Assembly (NCBI RefSeq): GCF_964355755.1
Contig: NC_092675.1
Coordinates: 18,200,912 to 18,264,911, forward strand
DNA: 64,000 nt
Reading direction: 5' to 3'
Source: Antedon mediterranea
Lineage: Eukaryota > Animalia > Echinodermata
Both the position numbers and the translations under genes were made by a program. A model generated the notes under the pieces. That model made no database searches. It was not told the origin of the DNA and was given only the letters and a program-made list of their open reading frames with translations. This document shows positions 25,568 through 38,500 of the stretch, one piece after another. Position 1 is the stretch's first letter. Each line of letters begins with the position of its first letter.

Positions 25568-27894
25568 CACTCATAGACTACTAACACCACTACTGGTTTG
25601 TGTAATATTATAGAGAAAATGTTCAACACTCATAAACTTCCAACACCATATTTTTGGTACTGTATGTGAAGTTGAACATGTTTTACTATTATGACCAATT
25701 TTGGTAACCAGATCGTTTCTAGCCTCTTTAAATAGTTATTTTCATCATAAATGTCAGGCCTACATACAGATTCTATTGATAGTTTGGATACATAAACTTC
25801 ATTGCTTTATTTATACATGTGAGTTTATTCTGAGACCATACAGTAGCTGGGTCAATGACCAAATGTAGCTTGCCAGCTGAGAACTAGCAATAGGTTTCAC
25901 ATGTTTTAAGAAAGGGTCACTACATGTCTAGGACCTATCCACTCAAACCTTTAATTAAGCAATTAATAATATTCCGGCGGTCAATCGCTGGCCTTCTAAT
26001 AATTGTTAAGTAAACCACAAAAATTAATATTGTACCTAGGGCATGTGCCTGTAGAAAGACATAATTAATGTTTCATACTTTCATTGCAAATTAGCGAAAT
26101 AAAATAACTTCTTTTAAAGAGAGCCTCAAGCTGAATACTATCATAAGTGAAGTGATGATTATGTGAGAGAAGATAGAGACTGTTTAAACCACCTAGAACA
26201 AATGAAGAAAGAAATAAATATTATGGTAAAATACGCTAAAAATAACGTTTATCATCATCTTCAGCATTGTACAGTTGGATGGCACTTCTTTCAGTCTCAA
26301 GCAAAGACAATTTATAATAAACAATATAATAGTTTGGTTGTCCATAGTATTAAGTACAATTGAGAATACAGTTAGTAGGAGTAATTCAATTCTGATAAAT
26401 CTGATACTTATTATATTTTATCACAATAATTGACATGGAATACCAAACTCAGACTTGAAGCTAATTACTGTAGGTCTATGAATAGTTCAATTGTCTCTTT
26501 GCTCCATAGACAAGATCATTCTGAAATAGACAAGCGTATTGTAAAAAAAAACTTATGTGTTATATTACAAAAACCTAATTATTTCATCTTTTGTTAGTGT
26601 CAGTGTAGGAGGGAAAGTTCTTTCTCATTTAAAAATGATTCCGACCTTTGAAGGAGCAATTAAATCAAGAGATTTCATGTGCACTTGCTATTTATCAAAC
26701 TTTTTTATCCCATGGTATACAAATATGTATATAGGCTACTGTACTACCGGTACTGTAGCTGACTTGAAATAATACAGTTCAGTTTGTGGTGAAAACTAAT
26801 ACTAAAAATAGTATAAAAAAGCTTTCAAGCTTGATAATGTATAATAAAATCATAAATATCAGTCACAAAAACTGAATTGCCTGTGATAAATCGTATAATT
26901 AGGTTTTTAAATTATCATTATTTTCGATCAATTTAAGTCAGAAAAACAAATTAATTAAAAATATGTGTTAGTGTATCAAAAACACTAAATATTTAGAATC
27001 TCTACTTTTGATTGATTGGTTTCTACCAAAACCAACTGTACAGTAGCCTATATCCTTTTCAGGAATATTTAACAAGAGGATGTTCTTATCTTTACAGTAT
27101 TGCTTTGTTATGTCATAGTCCTAATAATGATGCATTGTCTAGGTCTATCCAAATAATTTGTAAATTTTAATCATTTACAGTTACTTTCTAAAAAGTCCTC
27201 AGTTTAATTGGACATTATTTAAGGAAAAGATTCCCCGCAGACAGCCACATTCATTGCCTACCAAACTACTGTAGCATTTAGGGGGTTCTTTTGCTGCCAC
27301 CCATACATTTACAATATTTACTGTATGGCATATGAATTCTCACACATTCTCATTCACATGTCGTCAGTCGAATGCCATCCAGTGCCATCTTGCTTATGAC
27401 CTATATTAAATAATTATTAAGATAGAATGTTATTAGCATTGGTTGTTTAGGTACGAAAGTAGGAAATGATGGTATATAAAAAACAACATCTTTATCAGAT
27501 TATATATATTTTTAGATAGTGGACAATACATTTTGTTTGTTTTTTTGTGTCATAACTGTTTTTACTTTACATCCCTAATGCAAACTTGATGTGGTTGATG
27601 CAATGATTGTCATGTTATATAGGAAGTGGATAACTATTAATTACGACCCAGAATAATAAGTATTAAGGAAATGGAACGCGAAAGGAAATAACCACTTGTT
27701 TAAGCATCATAAATCCATGGAGGTTTTAACCGGGTTATTCACCTTGCTTAAATGTCTTGGCATACTTAGACGGCTGTACTCATTTGAGAATTCATGTTAA
27801 AGCTATGATGAAGAAATGAAAGCATTTGTTTGTTTATAAGTGCAGTTTTTCCCAGGCTCAATTTTTCAGCAATTCCAGCTTTAAAATGGACGAT

Positions 27895-27996
27895 GATGAT
27901 GATGTCATATCACTATCATATTTTTACATATGACTACCATATTTGGGCACATCACACTTTTTTTTGTTAAACTAGTTTGATAGTGTAGACAGAGCT
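27895..27996. mobile_element. Right half of the AGCTCTGTCTACACTA MITE family, copy 2
   Basis: GTCATATCACTA..CCATATTTGGGCACATCACA..AAACTAGTTTGATAGTGTAGACAGAGCT matches 22440-22539. Confidence 0.8.
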
Positions 27997-28589
27997 TTAT
28001 ATGAAACAGGGTACTTGTTTTTGAAAATAATACAGTGGTTTCTCACCATCCTTTTATTTTGTTCTTTAAATTGTGTAAAGTGTATTGCCATTTATTTTGT
28101 CTTGTCAGTTTGTGCTGCTAATTAACCATTTATTTATCCTTTATTCAAATAATTTAACAATGTATTTAAAATAATATTTGTAAAAGCAAGTTTTTCATCA
28201 TTTAAAAACATCAATTGGTTATACATTTTTTGCTAAATTGCTTTGAAGTTGCCCAATTGATATTGGTTTGGACTCTACTGTATTGTGCTAATATTTTAAC
28301 TGGATGGTAGCAGCTATGTTGTGAATTTCCAATAACAGTCATTGGTCTGTTCAATGTGAAGTTTTGAAAAATTGTTGAAAACTAACAGCTGTGACGCTTA
28401 GATGTTTCACATTCAATTAGAAGAAGCAGTAGGGTTCGGCTCACATCAGCCTGCCCCTCTTTGACATCGCCAACCCATTGCCTCAGCTGCATAGCTCAGT
28501 ACAAAACTACAGTACTGTATATAATAATATCTTGGATTTATATACTGTAGTGCCTAATGTTGTGAAACCTCTAAACGCTGAACATTATT

Positions 28590-28811
28590 ACCCCAGTCAT
28601 TTTTTTTTATCAAACATGTATGGAAACATACTCCCATAATGCAGCTAGTAATCAGCGCAAAGTTGTGTCTTGGTCTAACCGGTTTCCCATTTATACATCT
28701 GGGTGGAGAGAGGCAGACGTAAGTAAAGTATCTTGCATAAGGATACAAGCAATGCGGCGAGAGTTGGATTCAAACCACGATCAGTATCCAACACACTGCA
28801 CCACATGCCCT
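28590..28811 (-). mobile_element. tRNA-derived SINE with a conserved central-domain-like segment
   Basis: Minus strand reads GTGGTGCAGTG (A box), GGTTTGAATCC (B box), then TGTATCCTTATGCAAGATACTTTAC..TGCCTCTCTCCACCCAGATGTATAAATGGG, which resembles CORE/Meta-SINE-type central domains. Confidence 0.65.
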
Positions 28812-31800
28812 TATATAGACTTTTATATTCTAAACACAAATGTTTATTTTTTCTTTTCCTATAACTTCTGTGTTAGAATATTTATATTTCTTTTATTCAG
28901 GAGAAAATTGCAATGTTTATTTATGAATTTAGACTGGTATTTAAGTAAGTATTAATGTAAATGATATACACATTACAGTATACAGTATTTGTATTGCATT
29001 TTTTACTATAATATAATAAGAATATTGGCAATTAGTTGATAGACCATTTTGATTGATTGCATAATGTATCATTTAGTAACGTTACCATCAAAGTGAATGA
29101 CAACTAAAACTCATTACAGAATACTCAACATATTTGAATTTGTCATTCAGGTATTCGTAATTAGCAGCCACCTGGTTGCAAGTTAATGGCAGACCAAAAG
29201 GCTACCTGGGTACTATTATATAGTGTTGTGTATGTGATGGAACTTGTGTAACGTGTACAGTTACTGTAGTATGACCGGGGCTTGCAAATCTAGCTCTCTG
29301 GTAAAAATTTATCATTTTAACAACACTGGATAAACATAATATCATAATAATATATTATATTGGGCTACTTTATTAGCTACAGTGGGGAGAAGAACAAATT
29401 TTCATATTATTATTATTTTCATTATTTATTTCAGTCAAAGTATTAAACATGTTTAGGTTCTTGTTGCTACAGTATTAATATTTATACTGTACTACTCCAT
29501 AGCAGTAAAAATAATTGCTTTAAAATATAATTGTGAAGAGCTTATTTGAAAAAGAATTAAAGAAGGCCAGCAAATTCACATACAGTATGACCAGATATAA
29601 CCTATTAAAATTCTAATTAGAGTTTTTCTTCTATAATTACAAATAGAACTGGAAAGAATGATACCACAATAAGCATGTGCATACCGAGATGTACAAATGA
29701 ATTATATCTTCATCAATCTATTCCTTTATGACATGATGAATTGGAAACTGGTTGCCATAGCACCCTGCTGGTTTCTTGCTAGGGCTGGAGCCAGTCGTTC
29801 AAAGTGGGTTTTATTTTAGTCACCCTGTTCCATATTAAACTGACATAATGCTGCTGTCAGACATACTGTACTGTACATAATATATAGATATTTTGACCAT
29901 CCCTATCCTATGTAGGCCTACATTAAGGTTTGAGTTGGCCATGTTTATTGCTGTTTTTAAAAATGCTACAGTAGTTAACTATAACTTTTTTTTGTTTAAT
30001 GTTTATCTCTGGAATGGTCCCTCAATTCTTGTAGGCCATTTTTCTTTCATATATTGCAAAAAAATTTATTGTATAATTTGATTGGATTTGGACTTGAATT
30101 TTTCTTAAGCATGACTAAACATTTAATTTACTAAAATACAAACATAAAATCCATTTAATGTAGTATGACCATTTTGATGAAAGATGTTGAAATAATATCG
30201 GTGGTGCATATTTCATATTTGACTAGAGCAAGTATTGCATGCCAATAAGACGTCCTGTGGCCTGAACTTGCAAGCATCGTAAACATGGTACTGACGATGA
30301 CCTGTGGGTACCACTGAAACCGTTTTACCTATGTTGCTATTAATAGGTTTGACCTTAATATTACATTTTCAAAAACTGAATTAATAAAGTACTGTAAAAC
30401 TATTGGTATGTAATATTGTTATGTTATATTATCATTTAAACATGTGGTAAGTCCGTACCATCTCACAAGCTATTCTACTGTATATGTGACAGAGATGTAC
30501 AAATTAGGCCTACATTACAGTTTTACAATAATTAGTTTTTAGTACATATGTGAATGTTGGAGTTGGAGAGGCACGCCCTTTGGCGATAGTAGTCTTTGAC
30601 AGCTTTTGTCTCTCCTCAGTGCTCCACTTTCACGTTTTATGTTATGTTTGTATTGTCTTTACTGAAAGGAATAAAATTAAATAAATAAATTTGTTATAAA
30701 ATATTAATTTATTTGTACTAATTTTTAAAATTTTATAAATTATTACCTTCAAAGTCATAAGCAGAGAAGGAGAGCTAATATTTTCATACTGTTAAACTGT
30801 ATTTAAACTAAATCTAATTCACGTTTTGAGTATTAAATTAAACTTAAAAGTTAAGCTACAGTATAATAAAGTGAAATGTGCAATAATTACTTAATGTAAT
30901 ATACTGTACCACACATTCTCTATATTTCCAGTTTTCTTCCATTCTCTGAAAGTACAATATTGTGAACAACAAAAAGTTAGACCTATTGTATTTCTAGAAA
31001 ATATGAAAAGTTTAGTATTGTTTCCAATTCTCCAATTCTTTCAAATAAATATTAATATTAATAACCAAAAAAAATTTAAAATGTATAATGTAATTTATTA
31101 ATGAATAAACTTGTTTGAACATGATTTGCGGAAGAAACAATTTATGAAATTTCACACCCAAAAAATGCATAGCCACTGGAGAATTTAGACACAAATAATA
31201 TCTGTTCTTTTACAAACTAATTTTTCACTTCATTAGCATTAACTGATCGACAAGGTCCTTAGTGACTAAATTGAAAACTTTTGGAGTAGTAGTTATCATA
31301 CCAGAAATTCAGTCAGTCAAGTTAAATTATGCCTCTTACACCCTTTAGATACTAATTTCATGCTTGTAGGACTCGTCCTCTTGGGATTATAGCATGGTAT
31401 ACCTGTCTATTCCAATCATCATGGATGTGTGAAGGTAAATCTCTTGGTGATGCAATAAGAGATGATCTGTTAGTTTTTCTGAAACTTTAATTCCTAAGGC
31501 TAAACATGATACACAAACATTGCTTTGTACTGCTCTTGAAAATACTCATCCTGAATTTTAGTCATGATTTCTAGACAATGTTCACAAATTGAATATTGTA
31601 TTCCCCGGCGTAAACATCTATCAATCTAACCACGTCACCACACTTGAACTGTATGTTATTTAAATACAGAAAAATAGGTTGCACTAATAATGTGCTTTTT
31701 ACCAGCATATTGTTATCAGTTTTTACTATTTTTCTAATTGAATAATTGCTACTGTATAGGAATAGTTTCTATATAATTTTACTATTTGTATATAAAATAA

Positions 31801-31863
31801 CTATTAGTTTTGTATCTGTATCGAATAAAAAATATTATAATACTTTTGTAGGCCTATTATATT

Positions 31864-32581
31864 GTCCCTGAGATGTAATTATAATTATGAAATAAATACA
31901 GACATTCCACGGTATCTACAAGACTATAATCTAAAAGTTAACCCGTCAAAAACCGAAGATTTTAAAATAAAAAGGAAAGGAAATGAAGACTGCGAAACTG
32001 CAAATTCCTTGGAAGTAAATTGGGAACCAGAGAGGATGTTAATAACAGAAAACGTCTCGCATTAGCAGCTTTCAGCAAGATAAATCACATACTCCAAAAT
32101 AGAAAAATAACAATAAACCTGAAAATGAGAGTCTTCAACGTATACATTACAAACATCTTTCTGTATAATTGTGAACTGTGGACAATGACAGCATCACTAA
32201 AAAGCGAAATCGATGTCTTTCAAAGAAAATTCCTAAAGAGAATAATAGGTATAAGGTGGCCGGAGAAAATAAAAAATGAAGATTTGTACAAAAGAACAGG
32301 AGAAAATGAGTGGAGTAAGAACGTAAAGAAAAGAAGGCTGACATGGTATGGTCACCTGCTCCGTTTAAATGAAAACACACCAGCTAAGATCGCACTCGGA
32401 GAGGCTCAGAGAAAGACCAAAAAACCAAAAGGAAGACCAAAAACAACATGGATGGCAAACATAAAAAAGGAAACAGAGCTTTTCACACGCGGACCTATAC
32501 ACATGCTTGCTCAAAAACGTACTGAGTGGCGAACACAAGTGAGACGCGCAATGTCTAACGACGATTAGCGTTTTAGGAGAG
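31864..32581 (+). mobile_element. 5'-truncated RTE-like LINE (RT C-terminus) between 61-bp direct repeats
   Basis: YNLKVNPSKT, a frameshift, then CKFLGS..KMRVFNVY..FLYNCELWT..FQRKFLKRI.GIRW..RRLTWYGHLLR..KGRPKTTW, typical of the RTE-clade ORF end. Flanks 31803-31863 and 32582-32642 are duplicated. Confidence 0.88.
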
Positions 32582-35500
32582 ATTAGTTTTGTATCTATAT
32601 CGAATAAGAAATATTATAATACTTTTGTAGGCCTATTATATTTTTATTATGTAATTATGTTAGGATGGGAAAGAGGTAGAGATGTTGGTGTAGAAACCAA
32701 TGCATTCAATGGCATTTGTTAAAACCTGTATATTTTCAAATTCTACTACATTTACTGCTACCCAATATTTTGTTAATGATATACCCGTTCTTTTATGTTT
32801 ACCCATAATTTGTGCTCTGATAGTTTTAAAAAATCTAAACAGAACATAAGATAATTTTGTATCATTGGCTGATTTTGATTATATTTAATTGTGTCAATAT
32901 ACCTTGAGAAGTATCAGAAGTATTTTAAGATAACATCTTTAAAGTAACAAAACCCAACAGGTTTTTCATTTACTAATCTATGGTGTTTCACATTGGAATT
33001 CATAGATTGCTCTGATTCTTGTATACTGCATGTCATACCCTGCTGCTGATAACTAGCCACAACTCAGCGTTCCAACCGTCATTGTCTACACTCTCATTAC
33101 CTATTGTTTGTCTTCCCATCCTGCTACTGTTTTCTCATACAATTTTGTGATTTCCTAAACTGATAAAATTTGAGTCAGTTTGATACATTGTTTTAAACAC
33201 TTTATGTCTCCACTGTTTTCCTTGTGTTTTTTAAAAGCTCTTTATCATGACGTCTGTTGGACCGGATAAACTCATTTGTGGGTAATAATTCTCCAATCGC
33301 CACCAATTTTAAGTTGCAATGGAATCTTTAGTATAAATAAACTATAAACAATTTTTCCAAGAATCCGTTCTTTGAACTTTTGGTAAACATGTTTTATAAG
33401 GTTCTAAGTAACTATTTTAGAGAAAACTTTCTGTAGCCCCAATGGAAATTTTTAAAACTCATTAAATTCTTGGCTCGAAAGAGGTCTTTAATTAGAGGTA
33501 TAGTAATACTTATTTATAGAACCTTTACACTGTTTTCTTGTTTTAATTTAAGTATAGGAATTACGTCTGTATTGACCTTTTAATAAGTTTGTGAAAGCAA
33601 TCTTGTTTTCAGATTCCATCAACAGTTCTTAACCAAATTAGATGGTAAACTGCTAAGTAAATTCCAAGACTGATCAAAAGCTTCACATTAAACCATGTTT
33701 TGATCTTTATCAGTGTTCTTGTATATGCTATGATAATTTATGGTTTACGTGGGTGGTAAAATGTTCTTTATGGTTTATAGGTTATGTAGTTATATTTGTT
33801 GTATAATAAAGTTTACTATCAAAGCTGTTGAGGAAACAATGATTTTTTTTGCAAATGGGTTTATAGTTTTTGATGGCAGATATTCCCAGTTTAAAACATA
33901 ATATCTATCTTTTTAATAGTTTATGTCCTCTGTGGAAAAATACCAAAATGTCAAACATTGCAACACATATTATTGAAATGGAACCATAAATTATTGTTCA
34001 TCTAAACAACCTTAAAGAGCGGAGGCAAATTATTGAGTGATAACTTAATATTATAACATGATTTAATGAAAGATACATTCCTTACAGTTATAAAATTGAT
34101 TGAATTGAATGTGAGAGTAGTACAGTATTTATTAACAGTGACTTTTTATTTCTGCTAATTGGTGTGAAGAGTGATTTAAAAAGTAAAATACCTGATTTAT
34201 AACATGTATTGATGCAATCTGAAAATTTGGAGTAGTGTTTTAATACACATAGAAGATCTATAGTTTAGGTGGTTTTCTAAATGTTGGTCCTGTCTGATAT
34301 ATGCCCACCGCCATAACATTTGAACTATTTTGTTTTATCTCTTTTAGTTTATTTTGAAATGGAACAATAATTTCAATTAATTCAAACGATTTACTTTCTT
34401 TCTTTTATAAAAGTTAACTGATGAAAAATGCTTACCGAAATTTGAAGGGAAAAGGTAATGCTGGAAAAGATTATAAGAAAAGACATAGTGATATTTAAAA
34501 CTTACTGTATAAATATAATGATTAGGTAAGAATTGCTTAACTATTGAAAATCCACAGGAAAATCCAGACTTTAAGTACTTGAAATTTTAGACCACATGGT
34601 ATAAATATTTTTGTCGAGCTTTAATGAAATGTATTGGTAATCTTAACTTATTTTAAAACATTATAGATTTTTAATTTTACTTTATTTGGGATGTTGGTCA
34701 GTCAGTATTATTAGTATCAATATTAAGTAGGCCATTGTTTTTAAACTTTTCCACACTTGATATACTGTGTATTAAATAAATTACACAAACCAACAGTGTT
34801 GTTGGTAGTTTATGAGGGGTACTTTACTTGGATACTAATAAGAACTTGTACTGTATATTAGTTAACATTAATTAACCAGTTAATGTAGTGTTCACTATGG
34901 AAAGCATCAAACTTAGTGCTTCATTGTCCATTATAGTGAAGTTCTTTCTTATGATTCATGTGAACTTACGTACTGTAGACCTCACCTACAACTGATTAAA
35001 TGGATTTGTTAAATCCATAAAAGAAAACATCATTAAACTTCAATTTGTTTTGATGTAAAAACATGTTTCTTTATGTACTGTATGTCATAATTTCATCAGT
35101 TTCATTGTGTTGTGGAAATTATAAAGAAAAGTAATCCATTTGCTTCAAATACAGTAAAAATTAGGTTGATTGAAACCTTTAAAAATGTAACTACAGTACT
35201 CACAAGAATATAATAAGTATTAAAAGGATAGTTCTTGATCATAAGTGTTATTTTAACCCATGTTTCAACATGTACGTCATATCTTAGCTTCAAGGGTATC
35301 ACACACACTGCATAAAATCCTTTGGGAAAGGGGGTAGAACTGGAATATATCCTATCAAATACTTCCATCTGGGACACTAATTCTATAAGCTCCCTATTGA
35401 TGAAGGGGAGATGCAGATTTGCCTTTCCAAGGGGAACAGATTGGGCATTTCACAAATGTTATATCTACATATTGTTGGAAATGAGTAAGATAAACCTTTT

Positions 35501-38500
35501 TTCTGATTCAAAGACTTGATACAAGACCCTGATTTTTATAACACGATAATTAATGATTACAACGACAGACCTTTTGTATAAATCACACATTTCCTGCCAA
35601 TTGATCAATCATAAACGTAATTATATGATGCACTTTTGATATTATGTCACACATTACTATATAGAATATTCGTACAAGGATTTTTAGAATAATTTTATCT
35701 AGATTATACTACTGTATAAACCTGGACTGTATATGCAAATTTTTAACAATTTGAATTTACGCACCTGTATGTTAATTACCCCAGTCATTTTTGGATTTAA
35801 AAAAATATGTGGAAAATTGATAAGAAAAAAACAAACATACGATACAGAATGATGTTGAGTAAGTTGATGCAAGTAAGTTTATGCTTAATTGAAATTATGC
35901 CTGGTTGAAATTTTAAGTAGTATACCCTGCATTTACAACACTTGAACTATAGGTACAGTTAGTATATATCATGTATAGACATTTAAAACAGTAAATCCTA
36001 AATTAAACTTGATTCTATATTTTGCATAAATATATATGAAAAATAGAACAGCTGAAAGCCTCTGGTATATATGTATGGTATGTTTAATATCAGAACATGT
36101 TATTTAAATGACAATGAGTCAGTCTTAATTCTTGTTGAATATTTTTAATTTAGACACTGAACTTTGCTATTAGCATAAAGATACACCTGTCTAGTTTGTC
36201 ATAATTGATAGAATTTGTAATGCATACTTTTTTTAAAGCAACATTTCAGTTTTTTAGTATGCAAATGAAGCTAATGAATAATTGAATGTATATAATTTAG
36301 TGTCCAGTCTTTGGTATAAGTTATTGCCTAAAATGAAGTTTGCATTGGATTAGATTATAAAATATTACCTGAAAGAAAAATTGAGTCATGGAAAATAAAA
36401 AATAAAAATACAGTATCTTTTTGAATACAAATGATGTAGTAGTTTTAGCATACTGGTCACTTACAATATCTTTTTTTTTAACATGTGGAAATTTGTCTTT
36501 CATCACCAAGCCTAAAAAAAATATATTTGTATTGATTGCAAACACATAAGACAGTTACTGTTGCGAAATCCACCCATTGTAAATGCCAGCACCAGGTACT
36601 AAATGAAGTACAGTAATATAGGCATCAAAAAGTTATAGTTCAACAACTCCTAAACTATACTACACAATTAGATTTATTATATTCTGCAACTTTGGTGCAT
36701 TTGTTTGCCAATAAATGTTAGAAGTTAAAAGGTAGGCTTACAGTAGTATCCTTCAACACGAACTATTTACATGTCATTAACAACATTTCATGATGTCTTA
36801 GACGATCAAGAACATAAACATTATTTCTCCGTGTCTCCAATAAATTTTATTCGTATGACTTTTAGTTCACTTTGTCGTTTTATAACAACAAAGAAATAAA
36901 ACTTTTTGCTAGTTGCATTGCAAATTTGTTTATTAAAGTTTGGACAAGCCGGAATTCTACTGTAAATCACTCAACTGTCTTACTAGGCCCTAGATGGCCC
37001 CAGCCCCTAAGCATATTGTATAGCCCTCCCCCCATTTTTATTGTGTGTATCTACCCCATAGAGTGATTTTGTTTTTCGTTTCATGTTGGGAATATTATCA
37101 CTATTAAAAATGGAATCCTGAATATAAAGACATTTCTGTGTGTTTCAGTATATGTTTTTTCTATCATACATTTGCTCATTAATTGTATTGATTGATGTTA
37201 CTATTTGTTGCAGTATGAGCCACATAGGCTGTCTGTGTATTTTAAAACTAGTAGTTAGTTGTACATTAAATTTAATGTACCACCAACACACTCAAGATGT
37301 ATAGCTATCAACTTACTTCAACCATTAGAAACAATATACAACTCTTACTTTCTGATCTTTTTTTATCTCTCTAAGCATAGGAATAACAAACAGAATGTAG
37401 GCCTATACATCTTATAAATTGCCACCCATTTGCTTTAAACCCACAAATTGGTAAAACCATAAGATTCATTATTTCATTATTGACATTAGTGGTTTTACTG
37501 TGGTTTTTGGTGCATAACCTTTATAGTTGTACTTTTTATATGTATTTTGGAAAATAAATTTCCATCATATTTTATGATGGACCAATAAATATACTATCTT
37601 ATCTTATCTTTCAAATACTAATGAAATCAACAGAACAATGTTAAAAGGTATAAATAACAATAACATAGACATCAGATTATTGAAAGAGACTTAATAGTAA
37701 AAATAAATTTCAACGAGAGTAAATATTAATTATAATTACCAAATATAAAAAAAGAAGAAAAAATCATAAATGTGAGTATCATCAATCATTTCAGTATTTC
37801 ATGTGATAGACATGACATTTTATGACTGATGAGATTTTAACGGGCACTACAATAAAAGATTTGTAAATAATTATTCTTGTCTGACATTTGAAAGATCTGA
37901 CATGATTTAATGCTATCATAGTTGACAAATGCTCTGACAAGCCCCATCCACCCATCTGACATGGGACATGTAAATGGAACAAACAGTTGGATTAGCTGAG
38001 AAGAATATAACAATCACCTGCATCAAAGGATTGAACACTGTCAATACCAGTTGGAGACAATAAATAGTGCACTCAACCAACCTACCACCTGCTATGATCA
38101 AATCAAATATAAAGCGCAACATGAGTTCTGAGAGTGGAGGCTTCTTGGCCACTTCCGTGAACCGTTTCTGCACTGTAATTAAGTTCTTGTTGATACCTAG
38201 CATCATTATCTTACAGTGGAGTAGCAAGTCGACCTAGAGATTTTATCCTTTTTACTATCAACTGCATTCTAACTTTATTTCAAAAGTTTTCTAATAATTA
38301 CAGTATAAGATTAATGAAACTATTATGGAATTTATAGATATTATTTATTAGGGTACTATTTTTTTTATAGCTACAGTACTTAATGTTAGGCAAGTTCAAT
38401 AACATTTTCTGATAACCAATATAGTAAATGATATTAAAAAAATAACATGAGTATATAACTTGCTTTTTATTATAGTATAGAAAACAATACACTTTTTATT

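Noticed and set aside
33620-33730. Degenerate PHD-finger-like peptide on the minus strand (DQNMV*CEAFDQSW)
   Set aside because: Most Cys/His ligands are missing and there are stops; indistinguishable from chance without a search.
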